DNA of 64,000 nucleotides from an uncultured Acidobacteriota bacterium (lineage in GTDB: Bacteria; Acidobacteriota; Blastocatellia; RBC074). The notes below the pieces were generated by a model that saw only the letters and a list, made by a program, of their open reading frames with translations, was not told the DNA's origin and made no database searches. The position numbers and the translations under genes are program-made. Position 1 is the stretch's first letter. Every line of letters starts with the position of its first letter. Location: positions 1,440,001 through 1,504,000 of the forward strand of contig CAWCKY010000006.1 of assembly GCA_963796275.1 (NCBI GenBank), given 5' to 3'. This document shows positions 51,065 to 60,178 of the stretch, in pieces.

Positions 51065-51725
51065 ATTATTTCAAACCTTTGCAACCCTTTATACTCAATA
51101 CACGCAAGCATGCGTGACAGAAGGCGATTCTCAATCCTCCTTTATTGGCTGTCAAGTGAATCATCAAACTGCGATAATCCCGCATGCTCCGGAATACATA
51201 AAATTTCAGAATATAAATTTAGAATATAAATTTAACAGATAACGCCCAAAATTTATTTTATGAATTATCTCGAAATTTTAATGCTTCAGGGCTTCCATCT
51301 GACCTCATTCCATTGTATAAGTATAGGGAAGTTCAATAACTCAAATTCCCCCATTGACTAGATGTATTGGTTAGACTTGTAGAAAAAGTAGTGATTCGTC
51401 GAATCTCGTCGAAAGATGAGAGCATGCCCTTTTTATTGTCGCCCCAATTAACTGAAGGTGAAATCGATTGCCTGAGCTTATGCCAGCATAAATGCCTCTA
51501 GCCTGGGTTAGAGTGTGCTGTATGTTGCTGCTAGATATGCTAGAAAGGCAGGCGCGAAGAGAGCCGGAAAGAGCAAGAGACGGCCAAGATGGTCTGAGTA
51601 ATGAATGGCCTGAGCTGGGAAGAGGAATGGTGCTGGAGGATATAATAGGCAAGTACAAGGCTGGAAGCTAAAAGTGGGATTTTAGCGGGGTGTACGTGGG
51701 AAAGAGTGAAATAGAAAAGATTGAA

Positions 51726-51779
51726 ATAGCTAAGATATAGCTTTAAGATAGATAAGATAGCTAAGATAGATAAGATTGA
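51726..51779. repeat. 9-nt tandem repeat TAAGATAG(A/C)
   Basis: taagataga-taagatagc-taagataga-taagattga, preceded by degenerate copies. Confidence 0.75.
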
Positions 51780-52148
51780 AGCCTTGAGGGATAACGGGGA
51801 GACGCAAAGCAAAAAAATAGTGCAATAATATAATAAATTAGAATAGAGAACAGAATAGATAGCGCATAAGTAAGTGTTATCGAAAGTTGCCTGCCAATTA
51901 GAAAAAGAAGATAGATGCGCCTCTGTGCCTGTGTGATGGTTGGCGTGGGATCTTCATCACACCCAAAAAGACAATTTGATAAAAATAGGGATAGGTCCCT
52001 GTTTTGTTTGAGCTAAGCACTTATAGCCGCCCCCTTGATGGCAGTCTCTCCCCCACCAAGAATGGCAGGCCAATGTGTGGCTGCCGTTCGAGAATTTTAT
52101 GTCGAAAAACCCCATAGCGATAAACTCGACAAAGAAAAGGAGAGCCAG

Positions 52149-54068
52149 ATGCTCGCTCCGAATACTCTGTTGCAAGATCGCTATCTCGTGATGCGCCTAC
52201 TTGGACAAGGCGGCATGGGAGCAGTATATCAAGCGACGGATAGAAAGTTCGGCAATGCAGTTGCCTTAAAAGAGACCTTCTATAACGACATTCAACTACG
52301 CAAGGCATTTTCACAAGAGGCACGCCTGCTCAATAGATTGCGGCATGCGGCGTTGCCGGTTGTGACGGATTACTTTGCCATCGGCGACAGACAATTTCTG
52401 GTAATGCAATATATTCCGGGCATGGACCTGGAGCAGTTGCTGGCGGAACGCCGCGAGCGGGGACAGGGAGTGTTTTTAACCACTCAGGTCCTGCGGTGGG
52501 GCGACCAGCTTCTCGATGCGCTCGAATATCTGCATTCGCAAAAACCGCCGATAATCCATCGAGATATCAAACCGCAAAACCTCAAGCTCACTCCGCGCGG
52601 CGAAGTCATCCTTCTCGACTTCGGTTTAGCCAAAGGCATATCAAATCAGCCGGCCGATGGCGGAGGCCAGAGCATACGAGGGTATACGCCAAACTATGCC
52701 TCGCTCGAGCAGATTCGCGGGACGGGCACCGATTCCCGCAGCGATATCTATAGTATCGGGGCGACGCTTTATCATCTGCTGACGGGCCAGATGCCGCAGG
52801 ACGCCATGACGCGGATAGCGGCGATGCTGATGGGCCAGTCTGATCCATTACCGCAGATCAACGAATTGAACAACGAAGTACCGCCGGCTATCGCGGCAGC
52901 GATTGAAAAGGCGATGTCGCCGCATCCCGATCAGCGTTATCAATCGGCGGCGATGATGAGACAGGCGTTGCGCAATGCCAGCCGCAACGCGCCCGATCTC
53001 AATTTCCATCGCACTCCGACGATCATCATGAACGGGCCCGCGAAGAACAGCAGCATGGTGGCTGCCGCCGCGGCGGTGAATTACGATGGGTCAAGGCAGC
53101 CGCAGCAGGGGCTGCAGCAGCGCGAAGCGCCCAACGTTCCGCAGCAGCAAGGTACGGGGGCGAGAGCTCCGCAGGGCGCGGATGCCGAGCATGTCATCAT
53201 TCTCCTTGATGAAGGGAAGCAGCAGCCGGTAAGGAGAAAATTAAAATCGCAAAAATTGAGCTTTGACATGCCGAATCCGAAAATGTCCGACTCTATTGCT
53301 TCGAGCAGAATTCCGGACATACCGAATCGATCTCTGTTGGCGGGCGTCGGCGCAGCTCTGGCACTATTGTTCATAGCAACCGGACTCTTTTTATTTATGT
53401 CACCGGACTGGAGAAATGCGATCATGGGGGGCACCAACAGTGTGCCCGTAGCCATGAATCGGAATAATCCCGGTGATGGCAAATCCAAGAAGACGGAGGC
53501 TCCGACTCCGATCGTCAGATCGACCGTTCGGGTCGAGGCATTACGTTATTATCTCGAGGTAGATTCAACCGGGAGTAGGACGAAGCGTACGACTGGATTT
53601 ACTTCTCTTGCGGCGGGAAGCAAGTTCAGGTTTCATTTCAAACCCCGGGAGAGCGGCTACCTCTATCTAATCGCATTGGGCCAAAGCGGTATTATGAGCT
53701 TTTTGACTGCCCAACCAATACCTGCAACTGGAGTGACGACCAACCGTTTGGAGGAGGGAGAAGATTTCAAATTCCCGGACGCCGGCCAATGGTTCGAGAT
53801 CCAGCCTGATTCGGATAAGACACCATTTATAGTCATCTTCTCGCCCACACAGCTCAAGACGCCGGCCTTTCTTTCTGCGCCATCAGGGCGTAACCTGAAC
53901 GACACCGAAAAATTGGAGTTGGATCAGTTGAGGAGAAAGTCCGCCGCGATTCCTCCAGAATTAGTTGAGACCGGTGATAAAAATACACCGGATATGGTCG
54001 TTCAAATTTCCCCTGACCGCCCGACCAATCAACCGCTGGTGTTCGAGTTGTCGCTCAAGAAAAAATAG
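52149..54068 (+). CDS. Ser/Thr protein kinase with TM segment and C-terminal DUF4384-like domain
   Basis: GQGGMGAVY, VALK, HRDIKPQN and DFG; TM GVGAALALLFIATGLFLF; GSKFRFHFKPRESGYLYLI. AAGGAG RBS before MLAPN. Confidence 0.9.
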   Translation: MLAPNTLLQDRYLVMRLLGQGGMGAVYQATDRKFGNAVALKETFYNDIQLRKAFSQEARLLNRLRHAALPVVTDYFAIGDRQFLVMQYIPGMDLEQLLAERRERGQGVFLTTQVLRWGDQLLDALEYLHSQKPPIIHRDIKPQNLKLTPRGEVILLDFGLAKGISNQPADGGGQSIRGYTPNYASLEQIRGTGTDSRSDIYSIGATLYHLLTGQMPQDAMTRIAAMLMGQSDPLPQINELNNEVPPAIAAAIEKAMSPHPDQRYQSAAMMRQALRNASRNAPDLNFHRTPTIIMNGPAKNSSMVAAAAAVNYDGSRQPQQGLQQREAPNVPQQQGTGARAPQGADAEHVIILLDEGKQQPVRRKLKSQKLSFDMPNPKMSDSIASSRIPDIPNRSLLAGVGAALALLFIATGLFLFMSPDWRNAIMGGTNSVPVAMNRNNPGDGKSKKTEAPTPIVRSTVRVEALRYYLEVDSTGSRTKRTTGFTSLAAGSKFRFHFKPRESGYLYLIALGQSGIMSFLTAQPIPATGVTTNRLEEGEDFKFPDAGQWFEIQPDSDKTPFIVIFSPTQLKTPAFLSAPSGRNLNDTEKLELDQLRRKSAAIPPELVETGDKNTPDMVVQISPDRPTNQPLVFELSLKKK

Positions 54069-54116
54069 AGCGATGATGAGCTTGCTTGCGGGGTGGTCCT
54101 GGCAAACAGGAGTTAA

Positions 54117-55799
54117 TTGAAGATGTTGGTAGTAAATAAAACTAAACTAGATTTTCGAAGGCTCACGTTCATATTCACGGGTTTCCTCCTTTCAGGTTTT
54201 CTCACGAACCTTGCTTACGGCCAGGTTGCCCTCGTCAAGGGCACCAACACAACTGGGCGGGCAGAGAATTCGAGGTCGAAGGCGAAACCCAAATCTTCTG
54301 GAACGCGGACTCGCGGGATTAACCTGGGGGCGAGCAACAAGCCGCAGCAACAAAAAGGCGATACCGCCGATGGGCAAACGCGCACGCGCGGGATCAATAT
54401 CGGGGTCGGCAATTCGCTGCTCCCGAAGCAGATGCAGTTTCCCGTCTCTTCGCCGATCAATAACGCAAAAACCGCCACGCCTACAGCTAATGCGCCAGTG
54501 GCTAAAACTGCCGCTACAGCTACTGCGCCAGCGGCTAAAACTGCCACACCTGCTGCAAAACCTGCAACGAAACCCGCCGGTGCGGCTCCTGGCGTTTTCA
54601 CGATAAGCATGCCCAAGATGGGGTCTTCTCCGGCCATGACGGTGAAGCAGCCCGAGACGAAGAATAACGCGGCTGAGAAAGTTATCGCGATGGAGACGGC
54701 AAAGCCTCCTGTTCCCGCGCCTGCGCCTACTCCGGCTCCCACGTCGCCGGTGGCGGCGCCTCCGGTTGATCCGGGAGTGAAGACTGCTGCTGCGACATCG
54801 GCACCAACCCCGGCCAAGATTCCCGGGCCGGTTTTACCGCCGCCCGCGCTATCAAATTTCGGGTTTGAGGTTATTACATCTGATGACCGCGGCAGGATAG
54901 TCGGAAACCGCGTCGAGACATCCCGTTTTTTCCAGACGGAGTTGTCTGGCGGAATGTCGCTGGATATGGTGCAGGTTCCGGGTGGCGGCTATATGATGGG
55001 CAGCCTGGAATCCGATTTGGCAGATGTTAAGAAGAATTCGTCACGCGCGATGGAAAGGGATCTCAGCAACGACATCGCTGAGTCGTTGATCAGACGCTAC
55101 AACTGGGAGGCCCCGAAGCATATGGTAAAAGTGCCGGCCTTCTATATGAGCAAGTATGAGGTCACGCAGGCTCAATGGAGAGCGGTGGCCAGTCTGCCGA
55201 AGGTCAAAATCGATCTCCTCAGCGACCCATCGTCGTTCAAGGGGAGCGGCCTGCCGGTCGAAACGATCACGTGGGAGGAAGCGGTCGAGTTCTGTGAGCG
55301 ACTCTCGATTGCTACCGGGCGGCAATTCCGGCTGCCGACCGAGGCGGAGTGGGAATATGCGTGCCGTGCCGGCACCAACACGCCCTTCAATTTCGGCGAC
55401 TCGATCCGATCGGAATGGGCAAATTTCCAGGGGAAATTCCCATTCAATAATTCTCCCAAAGGCGAATTTCGTGAGACGACCGTGGCTGTAGGGACGCTGG
55501 GTGGGCCGAATGCTTTCGGCCTTTACGACATGCACGGAAATGTTTGGGAGTGGTGTTCTGACATTTGGAACGAGAGTTATGAAGGCGCTCCAACTGATGG
55601 CAAGTCGTGGGATACCGGTAAAATCCCATACCTCCGGATGATTCGAGGGGGGGCGTGGGATAGTCTGGGCGGTGAGTGCCGATCTAACTCGCGTAACAGG
55701 ATGACCTCAACCATTCGGCTTAACAACATTGGCCTCAGAATTGTCGCCGACATACCGGAACAGCTGACGCCAGTGCAGGCAAGTTTAAATACCCAGTGA
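54117..55799 (+). CDS. FGE/SUMF1-domain protein with signal peptide and Ala/Pro/Thr-rich linker
   Basis: GGYMMGS, KYEVTQAQW, RLPTEAEWEYACR, NAFGLYDMHGNVWEW, RGGAW and IGLR. Confidence 0.92.
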   Translation: MKMLVVNKTKLDFRRLTFIFTGFLLSGFLTNLAYGQVALVKGTNTTGRAENSRSKAKPKSSGTRTRGINLGASNKPQQQKGDTADGQTRTRGINIGVGNSLLPKQMQFPVSSPINNAKTATPTANAPVAKTAATATAPAAKTATPAAKPATKPAGAAPGVFTISMPKMGSSPAMTVKQPETKNNAAEKVIAMETAKPPVPAPAPTPAPTSPVAAPPVDPGVKTAAATSAPTPAKIPGPVLPPPALSNFGFEVITSDDRGRIVGNRVETSRFFQTELSGGMSLDMVQVPGGGYMMGSLESDLADVKKNSSRAMERDLSNDIAESLIRRYNWEAPKHMVKVPAFYMSKYEVTQAQWRAVASLPKVKIDLLSDPSSFKGSGLPVETITWEEAVEFCERLSIATGRQFRLPTEAEWEYACRAGTNTPFNFGDSIRSEWANFQGKFPFNNSPKGEFRETTVAVGTLGGPNAFGLYDMHGNVWEWCSDIWNESYEGAPTDGKSWDTGKIPYLRMIRGGAWDSLGGECRSNSRNRMTSTIRLNNIGLRIVADIPEQLTPVQASLNTQ

Positions 55800-56014
55800 A
55801 TGATAGTTCGACAATCAAGATTTTAGTCAATGGTGAGCCATGCCTAATAGCAGATAATTTCAAGGTGACTGAGCTTGTCAGCGAGCTCAAGTTGCCGCCG
55901 GAGCGTGTCGCGATAGAACTTAACCTTTCCATCCTGCCTCGCTCAAAATGGGCAGAGACGGAATTGCATGCCGGCGATAAACTTGAAATTGTGCAATTCG
56001 TGGGAGGCGGCTGA
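55796..56014 (+). CDS. thiS: Sulfur carrier protein ThiS
   Basis: ILVNGE...VAIELN...GDKLEIVQFVGGG; GTGA overlap with the upstream stop. Confidence 0.9.
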   Translation: MNDSSTIKILVNGEPCLIADNFKVTELVSELKLPPERVAIELNLSILPRSKWAETELHAGDKLEIVQFVGGG

Positions 56015-56068
56015 GCTGACCATTTAGAGGCTGACGATTTAGAGATTTAGATAGAATTCAGGGAAAGC

Positions 56069-56115
56069 AAAAGGCAAAAAGCGGGAAAAAGGCTTCCTGC
56101 TTTTTGCCTTTTTTT
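56069..56115. terminator. Bidirectional terminator between thiS and the permease
   Basis: aaaaggcaaaaagcgggaa pairs with ttcctgctttttgcctttt, followed by a T tract. Confidence 0.75.
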
Positions 56116-56132
56116 ATTTCCTTACCACTCAA

Positions 56133-57371
56133 TTACTCATATCTCAGCGCCTCGACCGGGTCGAGGCGCGAGGCGCGAACGGCTGGATAGATGCCGAAGA
56201 TCAATCCGACAGCCGCCGATACGCCAAAGGACATCGCGATCGATGTCGGTGTCACCACGGTATTCCACTCCGCATAAAGCGCAACGCCGCGGGAAACGAC
56301 GAAGCCGAAGAGTACTCCTATCAAACCGCCGACGAAGCTGATGGTCAGCGCTTCGATCAGGAATTGCTGCCAGATGTCGCGCCTTCGCGCACCGATAGCA
56401 CGTCGCACCCCGATCTCGCGCGTACGTTCGAGGATGTTGGCGAGCATGATATTCATAATCCCGATGCCGCCGACCAGCAATGAGATGCTGGCGATGCAGC
56501 TCATGACGATGTTGAAGATGCGCTGTGTACGTTGATTTTGCTCGAGAAGTTCGCGCGGCACCACGATCGAGTAATCGTCCGCGTTGCCGTGTGTGTTTGC
56601 GAGCACCTGGCTGATTAAGACAGCGCTAGGTTTCAAAGCTTCCGTGTTTTTGATGCTCAAAACGATCTCATCGAGCTCGGATTCAAATCGTTTGAACTCG
56701 AATTTCTTGAGCGCGGTCGCGAGCGGAATATAAATATCATTGCTGAAGTCCTGGAGCTTCACGCCTTCGAATTCATCCTTCGTCAAGTTATTGTCGGCCA
56801 GTACACCGATGACGGAGAACCACAATTTATCGATCTTGATCGTCTGTCCGATCGGTGATTGCGTCCCGAACAATTTCTGCTTGACCCGGGACCCGATGAT
56901 GCAGATCTGTTCGAAATCTTTCTCATCGGGCTCCGAAATGAAACTTCCCTCGCCCATGTCGTAGCGTGAAAGGCGAAAGTAAGACGGCGTGACACCGATA
57001 ACGTTCGAATCGTCGCTCTTGCCCTTGAATGAAAAGATTTGAAAGGTTTTGACGCGTTTGCGGGCTGAATATGTATCGAGATCGGGCGTGACGGCACCGA
57101 GCGCCTGCACGTCGCGTATCGAGAGGCCAATCGAATTTTCGCGGATCTTCTTGAGGTCTTCCTCTTTGAAATCGCGGTCTTTCACGATGATATTGCGCAA
57201 GCCCATCGTGTCGATAATACGCAGGCTCTCCTTTTCAGCTCCCGCGCCGATCGAAAGCATGGCGATCACCGCACCCACGCCGAAGATCATTCCGAGCATG
57301 GTCAGAAAGGTGCGCAGCTTATGCGTATACAGATTGCTGAAGGCGAGATTGATTTCGGTTAGATATTTCAT
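56133..57371 (-). CDS. MacB/FtsX-like ABC transporter permease (no fused ATPase)
   Basis: HKLRTFLTMLGMIFGV, SLLVGGIGIMNIM, ERTREIGVRRAIGA and ASRLDPVEALRYE. Confidence 0.93.
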   Translation of the reverse strand: MKYLTEINLAFSNLYTHKLRTFLTMLGMIFGVGAVIAMLSIGAGAEKESLRIIDTMGLRNIIVKDRDFKEEDLKKIRENSIGLSIRDVQALGAVTPDLDTYSARKRVKTFQIFSFKGKSDDSNVIGVTPSYFRLSRYDMGEGSFISEPDEKDFEQICIIGSRVKQKLFGTQSPIGQTIKIDKLWFSVIGVLADNNLTKDEFEGVKLQDFSNDIYIPLATALKKFEFKRFESELDEIVLSIKNTEALKPSAVLISQVLANTHGNADDYSIVVPRELLEQNQRTQRIFNIVMSCIASISLLVGGIGIMNIMLANILERTREIGVRRAIGARRRDIWQQFLIEALTISFVGGLIGVLFGFVVSRGVALYAEWNTVVTPTSIAMSFGVSAAVGLIFGIYPAVRASRLDPVEALRYE

Positions 57372-57450
57372 TGCCTGAAGATAGGTTCTGTTTCCCGCTT
57401 CCGGCCCGCCAATTAAGGCCTGACAACCGGAAACCGATCACTGAATCCTC

Positions 57451-58734
57451 TCACTGCTCCTTACTTTTCTCTTCTTTGGATGCACGCTTCACGTCAGGCG
57501 GGTTGAGCGCGAGTATCTGTCCCGCGCGCAATCCTTCGGTCACGACCACCTGGATCAGATCACCCTGTCCGAGCTTCACCTTCACGGGTTCGAACTTTCC
57601 CGGCCCAGTTTGCACGTGGGCGAACAGCTCGGAGTCTTTCTTCACCACAGCGCTGCGGGGTATCACGATTACGGATTTCAACTCTCCCGCGCGGATCTGC
57701 GCTTTCAGCTTAACTCCTGGTTTCATGACTGCCGTATCGGTTTGATCGAGAGCGATGATAGTTTGAAAATATTTCACCGGCGAATCGCCTTCGATCGGCC
57801 GAGCGATGTTGTCGATACTTTTGACCTTCCCGGCGAATTCCATTCCGGGAAAGGGGTCGAGCGTAACCGTGACGGGTTGATCCTTGCGTAGCTCGCCCGC
57901 GTCCTTCTCGAGGACGAAGCATTTCGCTTCCATATGATCAGGGTTGACGAGGCTGAAGAGGGTCTGACCGATCCAGACGACGCGCCCGGGCTGGATCGAA
58001 GTGCCTCCGAAAAAAAATCCCGGATCGTTATAGACGATGATTCCTGATGCGGGCGATGTCAGCTTTAGCGAAGTCAGGGCGCGCTCGACCTGGCCGATCT
58101 TTGAATTGGCCTGCTCGCGTTCGAGCAGGAGGATCGCCTCGTCCAGCGTATAGACCTTGCCTTTCAGCTGCAATCGCGCATCGGCGTAGACGAGTTTCTT
58201 CTCCGTGAACTCCTTATCGATCTGCCCCTCGATAATCTGGCGGCGCGCGTAGATCATTTCATCGCGAGGCAGGAACTCATTGATCTTCTCCAATTCGAGT
58301 TCGGCAATCTTTTTGTCCTTGATGATGTCGGTCTTCTCGACGCCGGTCGCCAGCTCGACCCTGGATATCTTCTGTTTGGCTGACTCCAGACTCGACTGGT
58401 GTTCAAGCATCTCCAAGTCCAGTTCGGTCGGGTCAAACTCGATAATCATTTCGCCCTTTTTGACATGGCGGCCATCGGATATTACGGAAGCGATGCGCAA
58501 GCGTTGGACAGGAACGAACGGGACGGCGATGGCCATCGATTCGACCGATTGCAATTCGCCGCTGGCATTGATTTTCAGGGTGAAATCATGCTGTTGAAGA
58601 GCAACCGTGAGCGGCAGAACTTCGGCTGCCGAACCCGGCCACGCTCTGCGCGCCGCAAAAATGGCTATCGATATGGCGGCCGACAGAAGAAGGGGAATGA
58701 TACTGTAACGGATAACTTTCGGTAATCGCTTCAT
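57451..58734 (-). CDS. Periplasmic adaptor (membrane fusion protein) 3
   Basis: N-terminal TM; DGRHVKKGE lipoyl half; coiled coil; SPASGIIVY; MKPGV; VIPRSAV. Confidence 0.88.
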   Translation of the reverse strand: MKRLPKVIRYSIIPLLLSAAISIAIFAARRAWPGSAAEVLPLTVALQQHDFTLKINASGELQSVESMAIAVPFVPVQRLRIASVISDGRHVKKGEMIIEFDPTELDLEMLEHQSSLESAKQKISRVELATGVEKTDIIKDKKIAELELEKINEFLPRDEMIYARRQIIEGQIDKEFTEKKLVYADARLQLKGKVYTLDEAILLLEREQANSKIGQVERALTSLKLTSPASGIIVYNDPGFFFGGTSIQPGRVVWIGQTLFSLVNPDHMEAKCFVLEKDAGELRKDQPVTVTLDPFPGMEFAGKVKSIDNIARPIEGDSPVKYFQTIIALDQTDTAVMKPGVKLKAQIRAGELKSVIVIPRSAVVKKDSELFAHVQTGPGKFEPVKVKLGQGDLIQVVVTEGLRAGQILALNPPDVKRASKEEKSKEQ

Positions 58735-58824
58735 AAACTAATATAGAGTATTGGAATGGCCTAGGGTGCGCATCGAGCTCACAAATTTTGCGATCTCAAA
58801 TGCGGTCTCGTATTCTTAATATTG

Positions 58825-60072
58825 TCATTTCGCCTTGGCGAAATCGCCGGCGATATGGTCTCCGGCCTTCAAGCCTTCGACGATCAATATCTCTGCGCCG
58901 TTTGAATCCCCCAGTTTCACCGATTGCTCTCGCCAACCCTGCTCCGTCTTCACTTTGATTTTAGATCCTTCGGTGGTTGTCCGAACGGCTTTAAGCGGTA
59001 CGGCGAGACAATCGGGGAGTGAGGCGGTTATGATCCGTGTCTTGAGGCTCATCCCTGGCCGCATTATCTGGGTATCGAGCTGGTCGAGGGCGATCTGAAC
59101 ATCCAGAACTTTGTTGGGAATATCCCAGGACTTTGGTCTTACGAGTGTTCCCATGCTTTTCACGATACCCGGATATGACTTGCCGGGGAAGGCGTCTATC
59201 GTGATCTCGACTCGCTGATCGACTTTGATCTTGCCGATGTCCACCTCCGGAACGAACGACTCGGCTACTATCGTCTTGAGATCGGGAATTTCGAGAACTG
59301 ACATCCAGGGCCACACCGGTTCGCCGACCTGATATCGCTCGCCGTTCCATTTGGTTTTGTGAATGACCACGCCTTCACGATCGGCTTTTGCCTGAAAATT
59401 CTCGATCCCGCGTTTGATCTCGTTTACCTTATTTTCCGCGCGCGTTTTCTTGCTGACGATAATTTGTACGGTAGCTTCGCTCGATTTCCTGTGCCACACG
59501 ATGCGATCTTTTATAGCAGCGACTTCGCGTCGCGCCTGTTCGAATGCCAGGCGGTCCTCTTCAACTTTTGTCGGCACATCATATGTCGGATCGCTCTCTT
59601 GTTTGAGTTTGAGTTTATCGTAGTTGTTCTGGGCCACCGCTAGTTTTGATACGAGCTCCTGGCCTTCCAGGTCTATCTGCGCATTTGTCTTTTCGAGCTC
59701 TTTCTTGGCCTGATCCAGCTCATTTTCGAATTTCTGCAGGTCTTCTCTTACCTTCTGTGCGTCGAAGGTGATAAGCAAGTCGCCGGCTTTGACCTGTTTG
59801 CCTTCCGGCACCAGATTGACAATATTGAACTGCCAATAGTTGCCGAACGGCGGCGGGGGACCGTAATTTTTCATCGCGGTGGCGCGCAGGAAGCCTGTCG
59901 CGTCGACGCCGAAGCTAACGGTCTTACTGAAAACTACAAACTCCTCGCCACTGGCAGTCGCCCGCGGGAAAAAATTGGCCAGCCTTGAGGGAAGCAGAAA
60001 CCAGGCCGCAACTATTATCGCAATGAAGCTGATGAGCCCGATGAAAGTATTCTTGGTTCTTTTTGCCATCAA
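58825..60072 (-). CDS. Periplasmic adaptor (membrane fusion protein) 2
   Basis: N-terminal TM; PEGKQVKAGD; ADREGVV; VPEVDIGKIK; MRPGMS; AVPLKAV. Confidence 0.88.
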   Translation of the reverse strand: MMAKRTKNTFIGLISFIAIIVAAWFLLPSRLANFFPRATASGEEFVVFSKTVSFGVDATGFLRATAMKNYGPPPPFGNYWQFNIVNLVPEGKQVKAGDLLITFDAQKVREDLQKFENELDQAKKELEKTNAQIDLEGQELVSKLAVAQNNYDKLKLKQESDPTYDVPTKVEEDRLAFEQARREVAAIKDRIVWHRKSSEATVQIIVSKKTRAENKVNEIKRGIENFQAKADREGVVIHKTKWNGERYQVGEPVWPWMSVLEIPDLKTIVAESFVPEVDIGKIKVDQRVEITIDAFPGKSYPGIVKSMGTLVRPKSWDIPNKVLDVQIALDQLDTQIMRPGMSLKTRIITASLPDCLAVPLKAVRTTTEGSKIKVKTEQGWREQSVKLGDSNGAEILIVEGLKAGDHIAGDFAKAK

Positions 60073-60178
60073 TCGCTCCTCGAATTTGTAGGGGCCTTTT
60101 CTCTAAACCGCCGGTAAATTTTCGTCGTTCAGGGCGTCGCCCGCGAACGGGGAGCTGGGCGGTCTGGTTAGATAGGAT

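Noticed and set aside
51371-51812. Hydrophobic ORFs 51371-51658 and 51540-51812
   Set aside because: Their composition comes from the purine skew and 9-nt repeat (ILSILAILSIL); no convincing start signals.
54215-54817. 200-aa Ala/Gly/Val-rich antisense ORF
   Set aside because: Mirror of the Ala/Pro/Thr linker of the FGE-domain protein.
55700-56060. TPP riboswitch near thiS
   Set aside because: thiS has no leader because it overlaps the upstream gene, and no complete TPP aptamer was recognisable.
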